In this document: positions 10,052 to 20,456 of the stretch, piece by piece
Numbering within the stretch: the first letter of the stretch is position 1
Layout of the letters: each line of letters begins with the position of its first letter
From: an uncultured Candidatus Competibacteraceae bacterium
Lineage (GTDB): Bacteria; Pseudomonadota; Gammaproteobacteria; Competibacterales; Competibacteraceae
Length of the DNA stretch: 64,000 bases
NCBI GenBank assembly: GCA_964423745.1
Contig: CAYRGG010000006.1
Coordinates: 16,406-80,405, forward strand
Direction: 5' to 3'
The notes under the pieces: generated by a model
Database searches by the model: none
Seen by the model: the letters and a program-made list of their open reading frames with translations, nothing else
Told to the model about the DNA's origin: nothing
Position numbers and translations under genes: made by a program

Positions 10052-10179
10052 GCCTCCGAAAGAGTTAAAAAAATGATATGTGATGAGTTGGTCGTTTAAG
10101 CTGGTTAACGGGGTAAACGATCAACCAACCCCTTATGTCATAAAGTAGTAAAGTTAACTACTTTTGCTTTATAGCGTAT

Positions 10180-10434
10180 CTAGTGGTTGCGTAACGCCTC
10201 GATCAGTTCCTGTTTGCTCATTTTTGAGCGCCCTTCAATGCCAATTGCTTGAGCACGTTGATACAAATCATCTCTGCGCCAATCTTCATAAGGTGGCGCT
10301 TTCCCGCCTCTTCGACCAGCTTGTTTACGGGGTGTATTGGCGATCCGAGCGGCTTTCTCTTTGCTTATTCCCTGCTCACGCAAGGACTCATACTGTTCAT
10401 CATCTTTGATAGAAGGACCATGATCTTTTGCCAT
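10180..10434 (-). CDS. Small basic protein with a Rho-N-like C-terminal motif (general-stress-protein-like).
   Basis: 84 aa. The C-terminal MSKQELIEALRNH matches the Rho termination factor N-terminal domain signature. Confidence 0.45.
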   Translation of the reverse strand: MAKDHGPSIKDDEQYESLREQGISKEKAARIANTPRKQAGRRGGKAPPYEDWRRDDLYQRAQAIGIEGRSKMSKQELIEALRNH

Positions 10435-10634
10435 GGTAATAACCTATTATTCAGGGTTAAGAAAGCACGTTACAGAAAACATAAGCACTATTTATACCAT
10501 GAATAATGTGAGTGTAATAAACAGGTTTAACAGGGCAGTAAACTAAAATGAATTATCTGGCATAAATGGTGCCTTAGTCATTGTTACTAAGCGGTTTAGT
10601 GAATGACTAACAGAAACAAACAGCGGGTGTATTT

Positions 10635-10934
10635 ATGAATGATCCTAAAATTGATCCTCATAGCTCCAGCAATACCGACGCAGAACAAGCATCTCATAAT
10701 CTAGAACATGCTGATCAACCTAAAGCCATAAATCCTGATCAACCCCCGGAACGTGATCCGGGTGAAGCGGATTTTGCCGCTGAGGCCCACGGCTTTACGG
10801 GTTTTGAATCGGCAGGCAAGGGGGCTGACTACAAAAGCGATAAGTCATCGCCCAATAAAAACAAATTAATCGGTCTTATAAAACTTCTTACAAACAACTT
10901 ACAGTTGTCAAAGCTAGGAAATTTTTACAAATGA
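10635..10934 (+). CDS. Hypothetical low-complexity protein.
   Basis: ORF only; disordered composition. Confidence 0.2.
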   Translation: MNDPKIDPHSSSNTDAEQASHNLEHADQPKAINPDQPPERDPGEADFAAEAHGFTGFESAGKGADYKSDKSSPNKNKLIGLIKLLTNNLQLSKLGNFYK

Positions 10935-11010
10935 CTTTGTAATTTCTACTAAACTAAGGTTGGCTTTAAAACTTAATCCAGAATGCAGTTTTTGAGGTTT
11001 ACGCTTATTT

Positions 11011-11034
11011 GCTAGCTAGCTAGCTAGCTAGCTA
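11011..11034. repeat. (GCTA)6 tetranucleotide microsatellite built from CTAG units, followed by an 8 bp-stem hairpin at 11040-11067.
   Basis: The run gctagctagctagctagctagcta is read directly from the sequence. Confidence 0.8.
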
Positions 11035-11094
11035 ACTAGGGCTAAGCGGTATTTGCTACTTAGCCCATTGGTAAATACTTTAATTTAAGAAAGA

Positions 11095-12201
11095 CTAACG
11101 GTTTCCTTTAAGTTTTTCCCATCCATAACGGACCGAGTCTTTGAACGAATTCCAAGTATTTGGATTTTCTCCTTCCCAATCATTTTGGATTTGAGATTCA
11201 ATGGTTGACCAATCCTTGTTTTGATAGCGGCTATCGTGATTTAAGCTATAACCATATTCATACGCTTTACGATGGTTGTCAAAGGAATCGCCACGGTTAG
11301 CATAGTTGGTTTCGTAATGTTTACGGAAATCGTCTGTATAATCTACCGTATCGCTTGCGCCACTTAGGTTGCGATCGCCTAGTTGCTCAATTTCCACGTC
11401 GGTGCGCCGCACCGTATCCTGTACCTTTTCTTCATGTTGCGTGGCCTGTTTGCCTACAACCACTTCTTCAACAACCCGAGCTTCCTTGGAAACCACCGCT
11501 TCTTCGCGAAATTCCTCGGTTTCGATAACGCCTTCCTTAAAAGCTGCAGCGCGTTCAGCGTCACTGACGGGACGATTCACCGGACGACGTTCCACCGATA
11601 CATGCTCTTCCCGCAGAGCGACGGTTTCCTCCACCGGTCGTTCAGTAACACGGCTATGCACCCGGATACCGCCACTACGCACAACACGTTTGCCAACCTT
11701 AAGCTCTTCTTCAGTGACAGGTACTGAAACCTGATCATCCGCTGTTCTTTGAGTGGCCGTTTTTTCGGCAGGATAATCTTTTCGTTCTGTGGTCGTTTGC
11801 TCACTGGTATAGGCCGTTGCATCGGGATCATAACCGGTCCACCCCTGGCTACGCCAATGATCGACTCGTGCGTCGATATCTACCACTTCATAACGTCGCA
11901 TGATATCAGCAGCTTTGTCAGCCCATTCATCGGCTGCGCTTACGGTAATCAGCGTTCCGCCTCGGCGTACACCTTCGGCATAATAACCGGCTTCTTCATC
12001 GGGAACTCCTTCGTCACCTAAATGTTTGCCTAGTTTGTGATGATCAAAGTCTGTACTGTGGCGGCCCTTAGCCGAACTCCCGGTAACATGAATGTCATTA
12101 TCTGAAAAACCGTTTTTGACTAAGTCTTCAACGACTTGCTCAGCTATCTTATAGTCATCAAACAAACTAATAACCATTTTCATCATAATCGCTTTCCTCA
12201 T
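11095..12201 (-). CDS. YsnF/AvaK (DUF2382) domain general-stress protein.
   Basis: 368 aa. The DUF2382-type segment is EEELKVGKRVVRSGGIRVHSRVTERPVEETV. The C-terminal W-rich tail is NDWEGENPNTWNSFKDSVRYGWEKL. Confidence 0.6.
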   Translation of the reverse strand: MRKAIMMKMVISLFDDYKIAEQVVEDLVKNGFSDNDIHVTGSSAKGRHSTDFDHHKLGKHLGDEGVPDEEAGYYAEGVRRGGTLITVSAADEWADKAADIMRRYEVVDIDARVDHWRSQGWTGYDPDATAYTSEQTTTERKDYPAEKTATQRTADDQVSVPVTEEELKVGKRVVRSGGIRVHSRVTERPVEETVALREEHVSVERRPVNRPVSDAERAAAFKEGVIETEEFREEAVVSKEARVVEEVVVGKQATQHEEKVQDTVRRTDVEIEQLGDRNLSGASDTVDYTDDFRKHYETNYANRGDSFDNHRKAYEYGYSLNHDSRYQNKDWSTIESQIQNDWEGENPNTWNSFKDSVRYGWEKLKGNR

Positions 12202-12244
12202 CTGTATTGAATTATCAAGGTTTTAATGGAACCCATTTGGAAAT

Positions 12245-12871
12245 TCACTCTTCCACAGGTTTCTCTGTTCTCTCGACAAGTGCTTCTTCCCACCGCACAC
12301 TGATCTGTTGCTGGTGACGAAATGACTGACGGTGTCTATGGATATGAACTTCTTCTTTAAGAAGGAAGCGCTTTTCCACCACCAGCACTTCTTCCACCAC
12401 CGGCACGATCAAAATATCGCCCTCAAAGCGATTCTCCAGGGGGCCATCGACAAGACGATCGATGGCAACTCTCTTTACATCGACGGTTTCTTGATGCAAC
12501 AGCTCATCAATGGTCGCTTGGTGTTCATGAACGACTTTACTTACTCGAACCTTGCCGCTGATTACTTTGCGCTTTGCGATATCCACCGTTTCTGCCAACA
12601 CTGGCACAACCGTTGTATCCTGAGACGCAGAATTTTCTTGAATTTCCTCTGTTGCGATGTGTGCCTGCTGAGAATCTGTATCTAAGTCGAGAAAATAGAT
12701 TCCATCCTCACCTTTTTTAAGGGTCTGGGCAGATACCCATAGCTCTCGACCCACAGCGAACTGCACAAAGACCCAGGCTTTGTCTTCACCATTAACAGGA
12801 GTTGGGGAAACAAAACCGGTTCCCTGTCTCCCCTGTCTATCCACCACGGTTAACGTATGTTGCTGGTCCAC
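12245..12871 (-). CDS. PRC-barrel / DUF2382 (YsnF-like) stress protein, a tandem paralogue of the preceding gene.
   Basis: 208 aa. Repeated KRKVISGKVRVSKVVHEHQATI-type segment, as in DUF2382 proteins. Confidence 0.55.
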   Translation of the reverse strand: MDQQHTLTVVDRQGRQGTGFVSPTPVNGEDKAWVFVQFAVGRELWVSAQTLKKGEDGIYFLDLDTDSQQAHIATEEIQENSASQDTTVVPVLAETVDIAKRKVISGKVRVSKVVHEHQATIDELLHQETVDVKRVAIDRLVDGPLENRFEGDILIVPVVEEVLVVEKRFLLKEEVHIHRHRQSFRHQQQISVRWEEALVERTEKPVEE

Positions 12872-12896
12872 GTATTAGATCTCATGGGATAGGGCG

Positions 12897-13256
12897 CTAA
12901 AGCACTAACAACAGTAATAAAATGGCGATGGCGACTGCAATGGCAATCCAGGTGTTCTTAGATAATCCACCTAAAACCCTAGGTCTGTTGTAAACATCGG
13001 TAATCTGGTCTGGAGAAGCCGCCAGATTATCGTTAACACCTGAACGGGGCGTGGACTCGGTCAGTGTATCGGTGTTGGATGTTCTAGGTTTTGTATAAGG
13101 ATCACTCATAGTCGAATCCTCCGCATAAATGCCGCTGGATGCCACGGCTATAGTGATTGATAAATCTTTTTGTTTCTCGTCAGGGAAAACTTGTTCATTG
13201 GATTTTAATGAGCATGGTTTATGCCAATCTTGAACAGCATGGAATAAAAAAGGCAT
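12897..13256 (-). CDS. Hypothetical C-terminally membrane-anchored small protein.
   Basis: C-terminal WIAIAVAIAILLLLLVL segment. Weak call. Confidence 0.25.
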   Translation of the reverse strand: MPFLFHAVQDWHKPCSLKSNEQVFPDEKQKDLSITIAVASSGIYAEDSTMSDPYTKPRTSNTDTLTESTPRSGVNDNLAASPDQITDVYNRPRVLGGLSKNTWIAIAVAIAILLLLLVL

Positions 13257-13421
13257 TGATGGATGGATTGATCGGCAAGGGATGGTTATGATCGATAATG
13301 CTTATCGATCAATAGCTGATTATCCAATGAACCTACTAGTCGAGCCAAGCTTTGCTGGATTTGCAGAGGTTGACAAAACAAGAAGTAAATCTCGTGAATA
13401 TTTCAGCAGGGGAGGCGTAGG

Positions 13422-14438
13422 TTAGTAATAGCTAATGTCTCGAGTGATCTTGCCCCGAAATACCCAATAAGAATAACCGGTGTAAAACAGGATAATAGGT
13501 AGTAGTACCACCATGCCGACCAACAAAAATGTCTGGGTTTCAGGTGGCGACGCCGCATCCCAGATGGAAAGATTGGGAGGTACGATATTAGGCCAAACAC
13601 TGATGGCGAGTCCCGCGTAGTTGAGGAGAAATAAAACCATTGCTAAGACAAAGGGCAGCACTTCATGACGCTGTTGCACAGCACGGTAAAGCTTAACTGA
13701 GGTGGTCCCCGCTAACACAGGCACAGGGGCTAAAAAAACTATATTGGGCCAGCTAAACCAACGCTTGGCGATATCTGTGTCGAGAAACGGCACCCAAAGA
13801 CTGACGATCACCATAAAAACCACCATGGTGATCAGTAGCGGTACAGTGATGCGATAGGCCCAATCTTGCAACTCCCCTTCCGCTTTAATGATCAGCCAAG
13901 TAGCGCCCAAGAGGGCATAACCTCCTAACAAGGCAAAGCCAGTAATTAGGCCAAAAGGTGTAACCCAATCCAAAGGGCTGCCCCCATAATGATTATCCAC
14001 CACGGAAAAACCTTGCACAAAGGTGCCCAGTACCACCCCTTGGGCAAAAGTGGCGGTGATGGAGCCTAGACTAAAAGCGATACTCCAAAGGCGTTTTTGC
14101 GATGTGGCTTTAAAACGAAATTCGAAAGCAACCCCGCGAAATACCAAGGCGATGAGCATAGCCAGCAAGGGTAGATACAGGGCTGGTAAGAGCACCGCAT
14201 AGGCGACTGGAAAAGCCGCAAATAAGCTGGCGCCCCCTAATACCAGCCAGGTTTCATTGCCGTCCCAGATGGGTGCCACCGAATTCATCATAAGATCACG
14301 ATCGGGTTGTGAGGGCGCCGCCGGAAATAGAATGCCGATCCCCAGTACAAAGCCATCCATAAGCACATACATAAAAACCCCAAAGGCGATAATAGCGAAC
14401 CATACCAGGGTTAAAAAAGGTTCCATGGTAATGCTCAT
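13422..14438 (-). CDS. cydB: Cytochrome bd-type quinol oxidase subunit II (CydB/CioB).
   Basis: 338 aa polytopic membrane protein with a CydB-type N-terminus. ATGA overlap with the subunit I gene. Confidence 0.85.
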   Translation of the reverse strand: MSITMEPFLTLVWFAIIAFGVFMYVLMDGFVLGIGILFPAAPSQPDRDLMMNSVAPIWDGNETWLVLGGASLFAAFPVAYAVLLPALYLPLLAMLIALVFRGVAFEFRFKATSQKRLWSIAFSLGSITATFAQGVVLGTFVQGFSVVDNHYGGSPLDWVTPFGLITGFALLGGYALLGATWLIIKAEGELQDWAYRITVPLLITMVVFMVIVSLWVPFLDTDIAKRWFSWPNIVFLAPVPVLAGTTSVKLYRAVQQRHEVLPFVLAMVLFLLNYAGLAISVWPNIVPPNLSIWDAASPPETQTFLLVGMVVLLPIILFYTGYSYWVFRGKITRDISYY

Positions 14439-15835
14439 GGTGGGGGTTCATCTTCAAGGGAATGATCGGGGATCGACAGGGGTCGTCGTGGTGTTTCGTA
14501 GGACTGGGTTGTATCCTTTTGCAAGATTTCTTGTGGCCCTTTTTTGATAAGCTTGACCATATAATAAGCCCCGGCGCTAAAGACAATGCCATAAACCAGT
14601 ACAAAGGCGATCAATGAGGTGGCAACGCTGGCGCCATTGACAGGGGATAAACCTTGCGCGGTGCGCAGCAGTCCATAGACCATATAAGGTTGACGACCCA
14701 CTTCTGCAGTCACCCAGCCTGCGAGTACAGCGATAAAACCGCTTGGTGTAGCCCACAGGCAAATTCTGTGAAACCAACGTTCGCTGTAAAGTCGGCCTTG
14801 GCGCAGCAGATATACGCCATAGAAGCCGATGAACAACATCAATAACCCAATACCCACCATGAGTCGGAATGACCAGAAAACGATGCTCACCGGCGGACGG
14901 TCGGCTACTGGGAACTCTTTTAATCCTTTGATTTCGCCATTCCACTGGTGAGTAATGATCACGCTGCCCAGTTTTGGAATAGCCACTTCAAAACGATTGA
15001 TTTCCTGCTCCGCATCGGGTAACGCAAATAAAATGAGTGGCGCACCTTGTTGCGTATGCCAATGGGCTTCCATCGCCGCCAGTTTAGCCGGTTGATGATC
15101 GCGCACGATAAGACCTTGTAAGTCCCCCGCGATAATCTGCAAGGGCGCCACAATAGCGGCAAAGATGACCGTCATAAACAACATAAAGCGGGCTTGCGGA
15201 ACAAAACGTTCACGGAGCAGATACCACGCGGAAACCCCACCGATCACAAAACAAGTGGTTAGATACGCTGCTAAAATCATGTGCACAAGACGGTAGGGAA
15301 ATGACGGATTAAACACCACCTGCCACCAGTCGGTGGGAAAAAATATGCCGTCGCGGAGCTCATAACCGGCGGGGGTTTGCATCCAGCTATTGGCAGAGAT
15401 AATCCAAAAGGTGGAGATTAACATTCCTAAAGCCACCATACAGGTGGCAAAGAAATGAAAGCCTTTGCCTACCCGTTGCCAGCCAAACAGCATGATGCCT
15501 AAGAAAGAGGCTTCGAGAAAAAATGCGGTGAGTACCTCGTAGCTCAGCAGAGGACCGATGATATTACCAGTTACCTCAGAAAAGCGTCCCCAATTAGTGC
15601 CAAATTGAAAACTCATCACTAATCCAGACACCACTCCCATGCCAAAAGAGACGGCAAAAATCTTCATCCAAAAGCGATAAAGCGTCATATAGGTTTCCCG
15701 ACCGGTGATCAGCCAAATGGCCTCTAACATCACCAACCAGCTTGCCAGACCGATGGTAAAAGCGGGAAACAGGATATGGAACGCGATGGTAAAAGCGAAT
15801 TGAATCCGCGATAGTAGTAGTGGATCAAATTCCAT
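14435..15835 (-). CDS. cydA: Cytochrome bd-type quinol oxidase subunit I with a short Q-loop (CioA-like).
   Basis: 466 aa. N-terminus MEFDPLLLSRIQFAFTIAFHILFPAF is the conserved CydA start. The length suggests the short Q-loop type. Confidence 0.85.
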   Translation of the reverse strand: MEFDPLLLSRIQFAFTIAFHILFPAFTIGLASWLVMLEAIWLITGRETYMTLYRFWMKIFAVSFGMGVVSGLVMSFQFGTNWGRFSEVTGNIIGPLLSYEVLTAFFLEASFLGIMLFGWQRVGKGFHFFATCMVALGMLISTFWIISANSWMQTPAGYELRDGIFFPTDWWQVVFNPSFPYRLVHMILAAYLTTCFVIGGVSAWYLLRERFVPQARFMLFMTVIFAAIVAPLQIIAGDLQGLIVRDHQPAKLAAMEAHWHTQQGAPLILFALPDAEQEINRFEVAIPKLGSVIITHQWNGEIKGLKEFPVADRPPVSIVFWSFRLMVGIGLLMLFIGFYGVYLLRQGRLYSERWFHRICLWATPSGFIAVLAGWVTAEVGRQPYMVYGLLRTAQGLSPVNGASVATSLIAFVLVYGIVFSAGAYYMVKLIKKGPQEILQKDTTQSYETPRRPLSIPDHSLEDEPPP

Positions 15836-16190
15836 AGGTGAGTACCCAAACCGGGGTTATAATTGCTTTTACTCCATTTGTTTTGAGTCCATATAAGAAT
15901 TAATAATAGGCAACTGTTGTGCCGACGGATTAGGAGGGTAAAAATGCTCGTCTTGTCGATCAATCTTAAATTGTGCAGCGTGTTGAGATTTAAACTTATT
16001 GATCGAATGTTAAAGGAGTAAAATTTTTGCAAAAATTTCAATTCATTTTGCAAACTTTGCAAAGGTTTATTTATATAAGCAATGAAAGATTGTGTAGAAT
16101 TAGGATAAGCTATGCTCAAATAGCTCACAAATCAGTCAAAACTGAAAACTTTTTTTGCTAAATAGGTTTTTTTGATTGAATAAAAAAATA

Positions 16191-16213
16191 AGTGGCCGCT
16201 AATAGCGGCCACT
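16191..16213 (-). terminator. Rho-independent terminator after the DUF1206 gene.
   Basis: AGTGGCCGCT-aata-AGCGGCCACT hairpin followed, on the minus strand, by a T-rich run. Confidence 0.5.
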
Positions 16214-16254
16214 AAGTAATAAGAATATGAAGTAAAGCTAGGACGATAAATCCA

Positions 16255-17118
16255 TTAGACTTTGATGCGTCGGTAGTAGGCTTCTATTAGAGAATAAACA
16301 CCAAAGCCAAATAAACCAGCGGCCACGAGTCCTAATAACCAAGGTCCATAGGGTTGTTGCGCCAAGGTGGAAAGGGCTTGAGCAAGACCGCCTGCCTCGC
16401 TGGCATCATGAGTCATAGCAGCCTGCATAAGAAAACCACCGATAATAACGTATACAATTCCCCGCGCTGCATAACCTGTACGGCCTATTCGCTCTATCCA
16501 AGTTTTGACTTTCAGGGATAATTCTCCCGGTTTGAACATTTTCATAAAACTGCCGCTATAACTTTGATAAAACTGATATGCGGCCACACCGAAAATGATC
16601 AAACCAAAGATACCGACTAACCATTGTCCAAAAGGTTGTGCTAACAGTTTGGCTGTCCAATCTTCTTTAGAACTACCGCCACCCGAGGATGCCAGTGAAT
16701 TAACAATGATTTGTACGGCAACAATCCCCAAGGCTGCATACGTCAACCCGCTAACCACATAGCTGATACGGGTGACAATGCCTTTGGCGTCACTGCCTTT
16801 ACCTTCCGGGTCTTTTATACCTTGAACCAGTCTCCACAGGGTATAAGCAAATAAGCCAAAAGCAACTATACCTAACATCACTTGACCAAAGGGCTGTTGC
16901 GCGATTTCGGTAAGTGCGCCTTTTTTACTGGTGGTATCGCCACCCGATCCTATGGCTACTTGAATAGCTAACCATCCCACAACCAAGTAAACGACACCCC
17001 TTGCCCCGTAGCCTAGACGCGCCAGTACTCTAACCCAGGGTGCTACGTTTTGTGATGCCTGGGAAACGTGATCGGAAGCACGATTAAAACGATCTTCAGT
17101 GGTCGAATAAATGCGCAT
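16255..17118 (-). CDS. DUF1206 domain membrane protein, with three DUF1206 repeats.
   Basis: 287 aa. A repeated ARGVVYLVVG / AQQPFGQ / LGIVAFGLF module occurs three times. Confidence 0.6.
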   Translation of the reverse strand: MRIYSTTEDRFNRASDHVSQASQNVAPWVRVLARLGYGARGVVYLVVGWLAIQVAIGSGGDTTSKKGALTEIAQQPFGQVMLGIVAFGLFAYTLWRLVQGIKDPEGKGSDAKGIVTRISYVVSGLTYAALGIVAVQIIVNSLASSGGGSSKEDWTAKLLAQPFGQWLVGIFGLIIFGVAAYQFYQSYSGSFMKMFKPGELSLKVKTWIERIGRTGYAARGIVYVIIGGFLMQAAMTHDASEAGGLAQALSTLAQQPYGPWLLGLVAAGLFGFGVYSLIEAYYRRIKV

Positions 17119-17231
17119 AACTGTTTCTCTAATGTAGATTGTTTTAAGGGATTATTAATATGCATGTCATAGAATGCTAATAAAGCAATATACATGCCCA
17201 AATAATTTTGATTACAATGTTTTTCCCAAAA

Positions 17232-17260
17232 AAAACCCCTTTTAATAAAATAGGGGTTTT
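17232..17260 (-). terminator. Rho-independent terminator.
   Basis: AAAACCCCT-loop-AGGGGTTTT hairpin with a T8 run on the minus strand. Confidence 0.45.
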
Positions 17261-17370
17261 AAATGACAACTTGGGATGGTGGTTATGAATAAATAAAAAG
17301 GTGATTTATATATAATAAGAGATATTTTTGGTGACTTGTTAATTCAAAAAAAATTAAAGTTTTAGAAATT

Positions 17371-17589
17371 TTAAGCTATTAAAAAATGAGGTTTGCTGAT
17401 ATAACTCTTTACATAGATAGGTAAATTACGTTGATTCATTATATATTTGCCAAAATCGCTCTCTAATTCTGTGAGTTTTGGTTTGTATCCATACCAATAC
17501 GCATAGGCTTGTTCGAACAAATCAAATTCCTTTACGCCTAATGAATTGGCAAGTTCGGTAAGGGTGGTTTGCATAGACCTGGCTCCCAT
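17371..17589 (-). CDS. Hypothetical small protein.
   Basis: 72 aa ORF with aromatic-rich composition. No recognisable family. Confidence 0.2.
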   Translation of the reverse strand: MGARSMQTTLTELANSLGVKEFDLFEQAYAYWYGYKPKLTELESDFGKYIMNQRNLPIYVKSYISKPHFLIA

Positions 17590-17917
17590 CAGATACTTCG
17601 AATAACATAAGAAAGTATATGATTATTCTGCAAATACTGTACCAGCGCCTTGGAAAATCTAATCGACCAAAAAGTTGAGTCTAATGTCCATCATTATGTG
17701 ACGTATCTGTCTAACTAATAATTTAATGCTCAAGAGCAAATGTCTGTAAGGATTAAAGGTTTGAGAATGCTTTATTGAAGACTAGTAACAAAACTGCACC
17801 GCATTGGCTGAGAAAGTATTGAACTCAAGAAAAAATTTTTCGAAAGTACGGTGCAGTAAAGTTACATGTAAAAACCGTTAATTGTTTTCATCCCAAGCAA
17901 GTCGCCGCTTAGAGATT

Positions 17918-18424
17918 TTAAAGATGCTTTTTAATGGCATCTACAAAGGCATTTAAATCATCGGGTTTACGGGAAGTGATGAGATTGCCATCTTCGACTA
18001 CTTTTTCATCGATCCAGTTGGCGCCGGCATTTTGTAAATCTTTGCGCACTGAGGCGAACGACGTCATGGTTTTTCCGTTAACGGCGTCAGCCTCGATTAA
18101 TAGCTGGGGTCCATGGCAAATAGCAGCTACCAGCTTTCCTGTTTTACAAAAGGTCCGCACGAAGGAAACAACCTGGTCATCGGTGCGTAAATGATCCGGT
18201 GAAAAACCACCGGGAATAATCAAGACGTCAAAGTCACTGGGAGAAAGTTCTTGCGCTGTTTTTTCTACGGTGAAACTTTCCTCACCGCGTTTACCGTTGA
18301 CTGTTTCTCCAGCCTGTTTACCGAACACAACAATGTCGTGGCCTGCTTCCTTGAGTCGGGAATAAGGTACGCTGAATTCACTGTCTTCAAAGTCTTGTGC
18401 TAGTGGTATTGCGATGTGAGCCAT
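17918..18424 (-). CDS. DJ-1/PfpI family protein (general stress protein 18-like).
   Basis: 168 aa with the [10 protein letters not shown] nucleophile-elbow motif. Confidence 0.8.
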   Translation of the reverse strand: MAHIAIPLAQDFEDSEFSVPYSRLKEAGHDIVVFGKQAGETVNGKRGEESFTVEKTAQELSPSDFDVLIIPGGFSPDHLRTDDQVVSFVRTFCKTGKLVAAICHGPQLLIEADAVNGKTMTSFASVRKDLQNAGANWIDEKVVEDGNLITSRKPDDLNAFVDAIKKHL

Positions 18425-18668
18425 CCTATAAAACCTCGCTAGGTTTGATCGAGAAAAAACTTGCCTGAGTTGGCTGTGTTTATTGAATGATCGAGGCTAT
18501 ACGTTGTTCCACAAATGTGAACAGATACAAATTCTGCAAGAGCAATGCCAGGCCACAAAACACCTCCCCTCGACTGGCACAGAGATTGTATAAGAGATGC
18601 TTTAGAAACAGCTTCTAAAGAATTGGTTTGGTTTCCTTTTCTCTAGGACAAACCCGTGAGGAAAATAT

Positions 18669-18932
18669 ATGACTTATCAGACAGTCGCAGAGCTTCCTAC
18701 ATCTATTCGGGATGAGCTGCCCGAACATGCTCAAGAAATTTACCGGGCGGCCTATAATTTAACCATCGAGGAGCATCGTGCCGCTGACCATGACGAACAT
18801 GACCTACAGGCTATCGCCGATCAAGCTGCCTGGCAACGTGTGCAAATGGAATATGAACGGGACGAGACGGGTAAATGGCGATGTGTTTCTATCGGTGATT
18901 ACATGGACAAAGGTAATATACCCCACGGCTAA
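18669..18932 (+). CDS. ChaB family protein.
   Basis: 87 aa. TVAELPTSIRDELPEHAQEIYRAAYN parallels the ChaB start (SDLP..V...LP.HAQ.IY..AFN). Confidence 0.55.
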   Translation: MTYQTVAELPTSIRDELPEHAQEIYRAAYNLTIEEHRAADHDEHDLQAIADQAAWQRVQMEYERDETGKWRCVSIGDYMDKGNIPHG

Positions 18933-18992
18933 ATAGTGGCTATACCGTCATCTTAGAGAAAAACTTGGACAGTATTTGGAGGTTACAATCCC

Positions 18993-19853
18993 ATGGCTTC
19001 TAACTCTCAGCAGCGCCCCCTTCAACATCAAGAGCAACAACCTGGTGTCGAACATAACATGACGCCACAGCCGATTTACATACGGGATGATTATCGCGGC
19101 AGTGGTAAATTGATCGGTAAAGTGGCTCTTATTAGCGGCGGTGATAGCGGTATTGGTCGAGCAGTGGCCATACATTTTGCTAAAGAAGGAGCTGATGTTG
19201 CTTTTATCTATAAGGAAGAAGACAGCGATGCTGAAGAGACTGAAAAGTTGATTAAAGCCTGCGGACAGCGCTCTCTGAAGTTACGTGGGGATGTGGGCGA
19301 TGAGGCATTCTGCCAACGTTGCGTACAGGACACAATAGCAGAGTTCGATACATTAAATATTTTAGTCAATAATGCTGCTGAGCAACACCCTCAAACTGCT
19401 TTTGAGGACGTGACCAGTGAGCAAATGCGGCAAACTTTTACAACCAATTTTTTTGCTTATTTTTACTTGACACAAGCCGCGTTGCCGCATCTGCGTGAAA
19501 GCGCCGCCATTATTAATACTACCTCAGTAACCGCTTATCGTGGCGCTACTTCATTGGTAGATTATGCTTCCACAAAAGGCGCCATTGTGGCTTATACGCG
19601 ATCCCTGTCGTTAGCCTTAGTTGAGAAAGGAATACGTGTCAATGGGGTTGCGCCAGGACCCATCTGGACTCCCCTGATTCCGGCTACCTTTCCGGCTGAT
19701 CGAGTTGCTACGTTTGGTAAAAGCACTCCCATGAAACGGGCTGGACAACCTGCTGAAGTGGCTCCCAGTTATGTCTTGCTGGCCTCAGCGGACGGTTCCT
19801 ATATGACAGGTCAGATCATACATACCAATGGTGGCGACTTTATTACCACCTAA
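18993..19853 (+). CDS. SDR-family oxidoreductase (YghA / general stress protein 39-like).
   Basis: KVALISGGDSGIGRAVA, NNAA and Y-x3-K motifs. 286 aa. Confidence 0.75.
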   Translation: MASNSQQRPLQHQEQQPGVEHNMTPQPIYIRDDYRGSGKLIGKVALISGGDSGIGRAVAIHFAKEGADVAFIYKEEDSDAEETEKLIKACGQRSLKLRGDVGDEAFCQRCVQDTIAEFDTLNILVNNAAEQHPQTAFEDVTSEQMRQTFTTNFFAYFYLTQAALPHLRESAAIINTTSVTAYRGATSLVDYASTKGAIVAYTRSLSLALVEKGIRVNGVAPGPIWTPLIPATFPADRVATFGKSTPMKRAGQPAEVAPSYVLLASADGSYMTGQIIHTNGGDFITT

Positions 19854-20028
19854 GTTGTAAAGGACTTAACATGGAGCGCACATACCCTGTGCGCTCCATG
19901 TGCATCAATAAACGCGCTGTAAAAGCCTATGAGGGGATTGGGTTATGCAGATTTTACAAAAAAATTTGTAAAATCTGCTTCAAAAAGTGGGATTAAATTA
20001 ATTGGTTATATTAGGCAAATGGCTGGCG

Positions 20029-20289
20029 TTAACTTTTTGCTAAAAAACGATAACCAATCAATAATAAAATGGCGCCTAAAATGGCAGTTACCATACTGCC
20101 TAGATTAAAACCACTAACTGGTCCACCTAACCCTAAAACATTGCCAATAAAGCCGCCCACAAAAGCGCCGGCGATACCTAATAGTATCGTAACGATAAAA
20201 CCTCCTGGATCTTTACCTGGCATTAGCATTTTGGCGATAACGCCAGCGATAAGTCCAAAAATAATCCAAGCGATAATACTCATAATCAA
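20029..20289 (-). CDS. GlsB/YeaQ/YmgE-family stress-response membrane protein.
   Basis: 86 aa; the IIAWIIFGLIAGVIAKMLMPGKDPGG signature is read directly from the sequence. Confidence 0.75.
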   Translation of the reverse strand: MIMSIIAWIIFGLIAGVIAKMLMPGKDPGGFIVTILLGIAGAFVGGFIGNVLGLGGPVSGFNLGSMVTAILGAILLLIGYRFLAKS

Positions 20290-20456
20290 TTGTCTCCCAA
20301 GGTTTTTAGTTCTTCAGATAAAACTTAAGTTTGCGCAAGTTTTATACCAAAATGGTTTATCAAAACCCATGCAACCTTTTTAAAGAATTTTTAGAGATGA
20401 TTAAAACCACAGTGCTATGTAAAAAAGCTAATTTGGGATTTTAAAATTATAGATCT

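Noticed and set aside
11369-12021. Plus-strand ORFs of 84-121 aa inside the DUF2382 gene.
   Set aside because: They are antisense shadow ORFs with Ser/Thr/Arg-rich low-complexity translation.
15940-16020. Possible FNR/ANR box (TTGAT-N4-ATCAA-like) upstream of the cytochrome bd operon.
   Set aside because: Best matches have only 3/5 in the second half-site. It was not convincing by eye.
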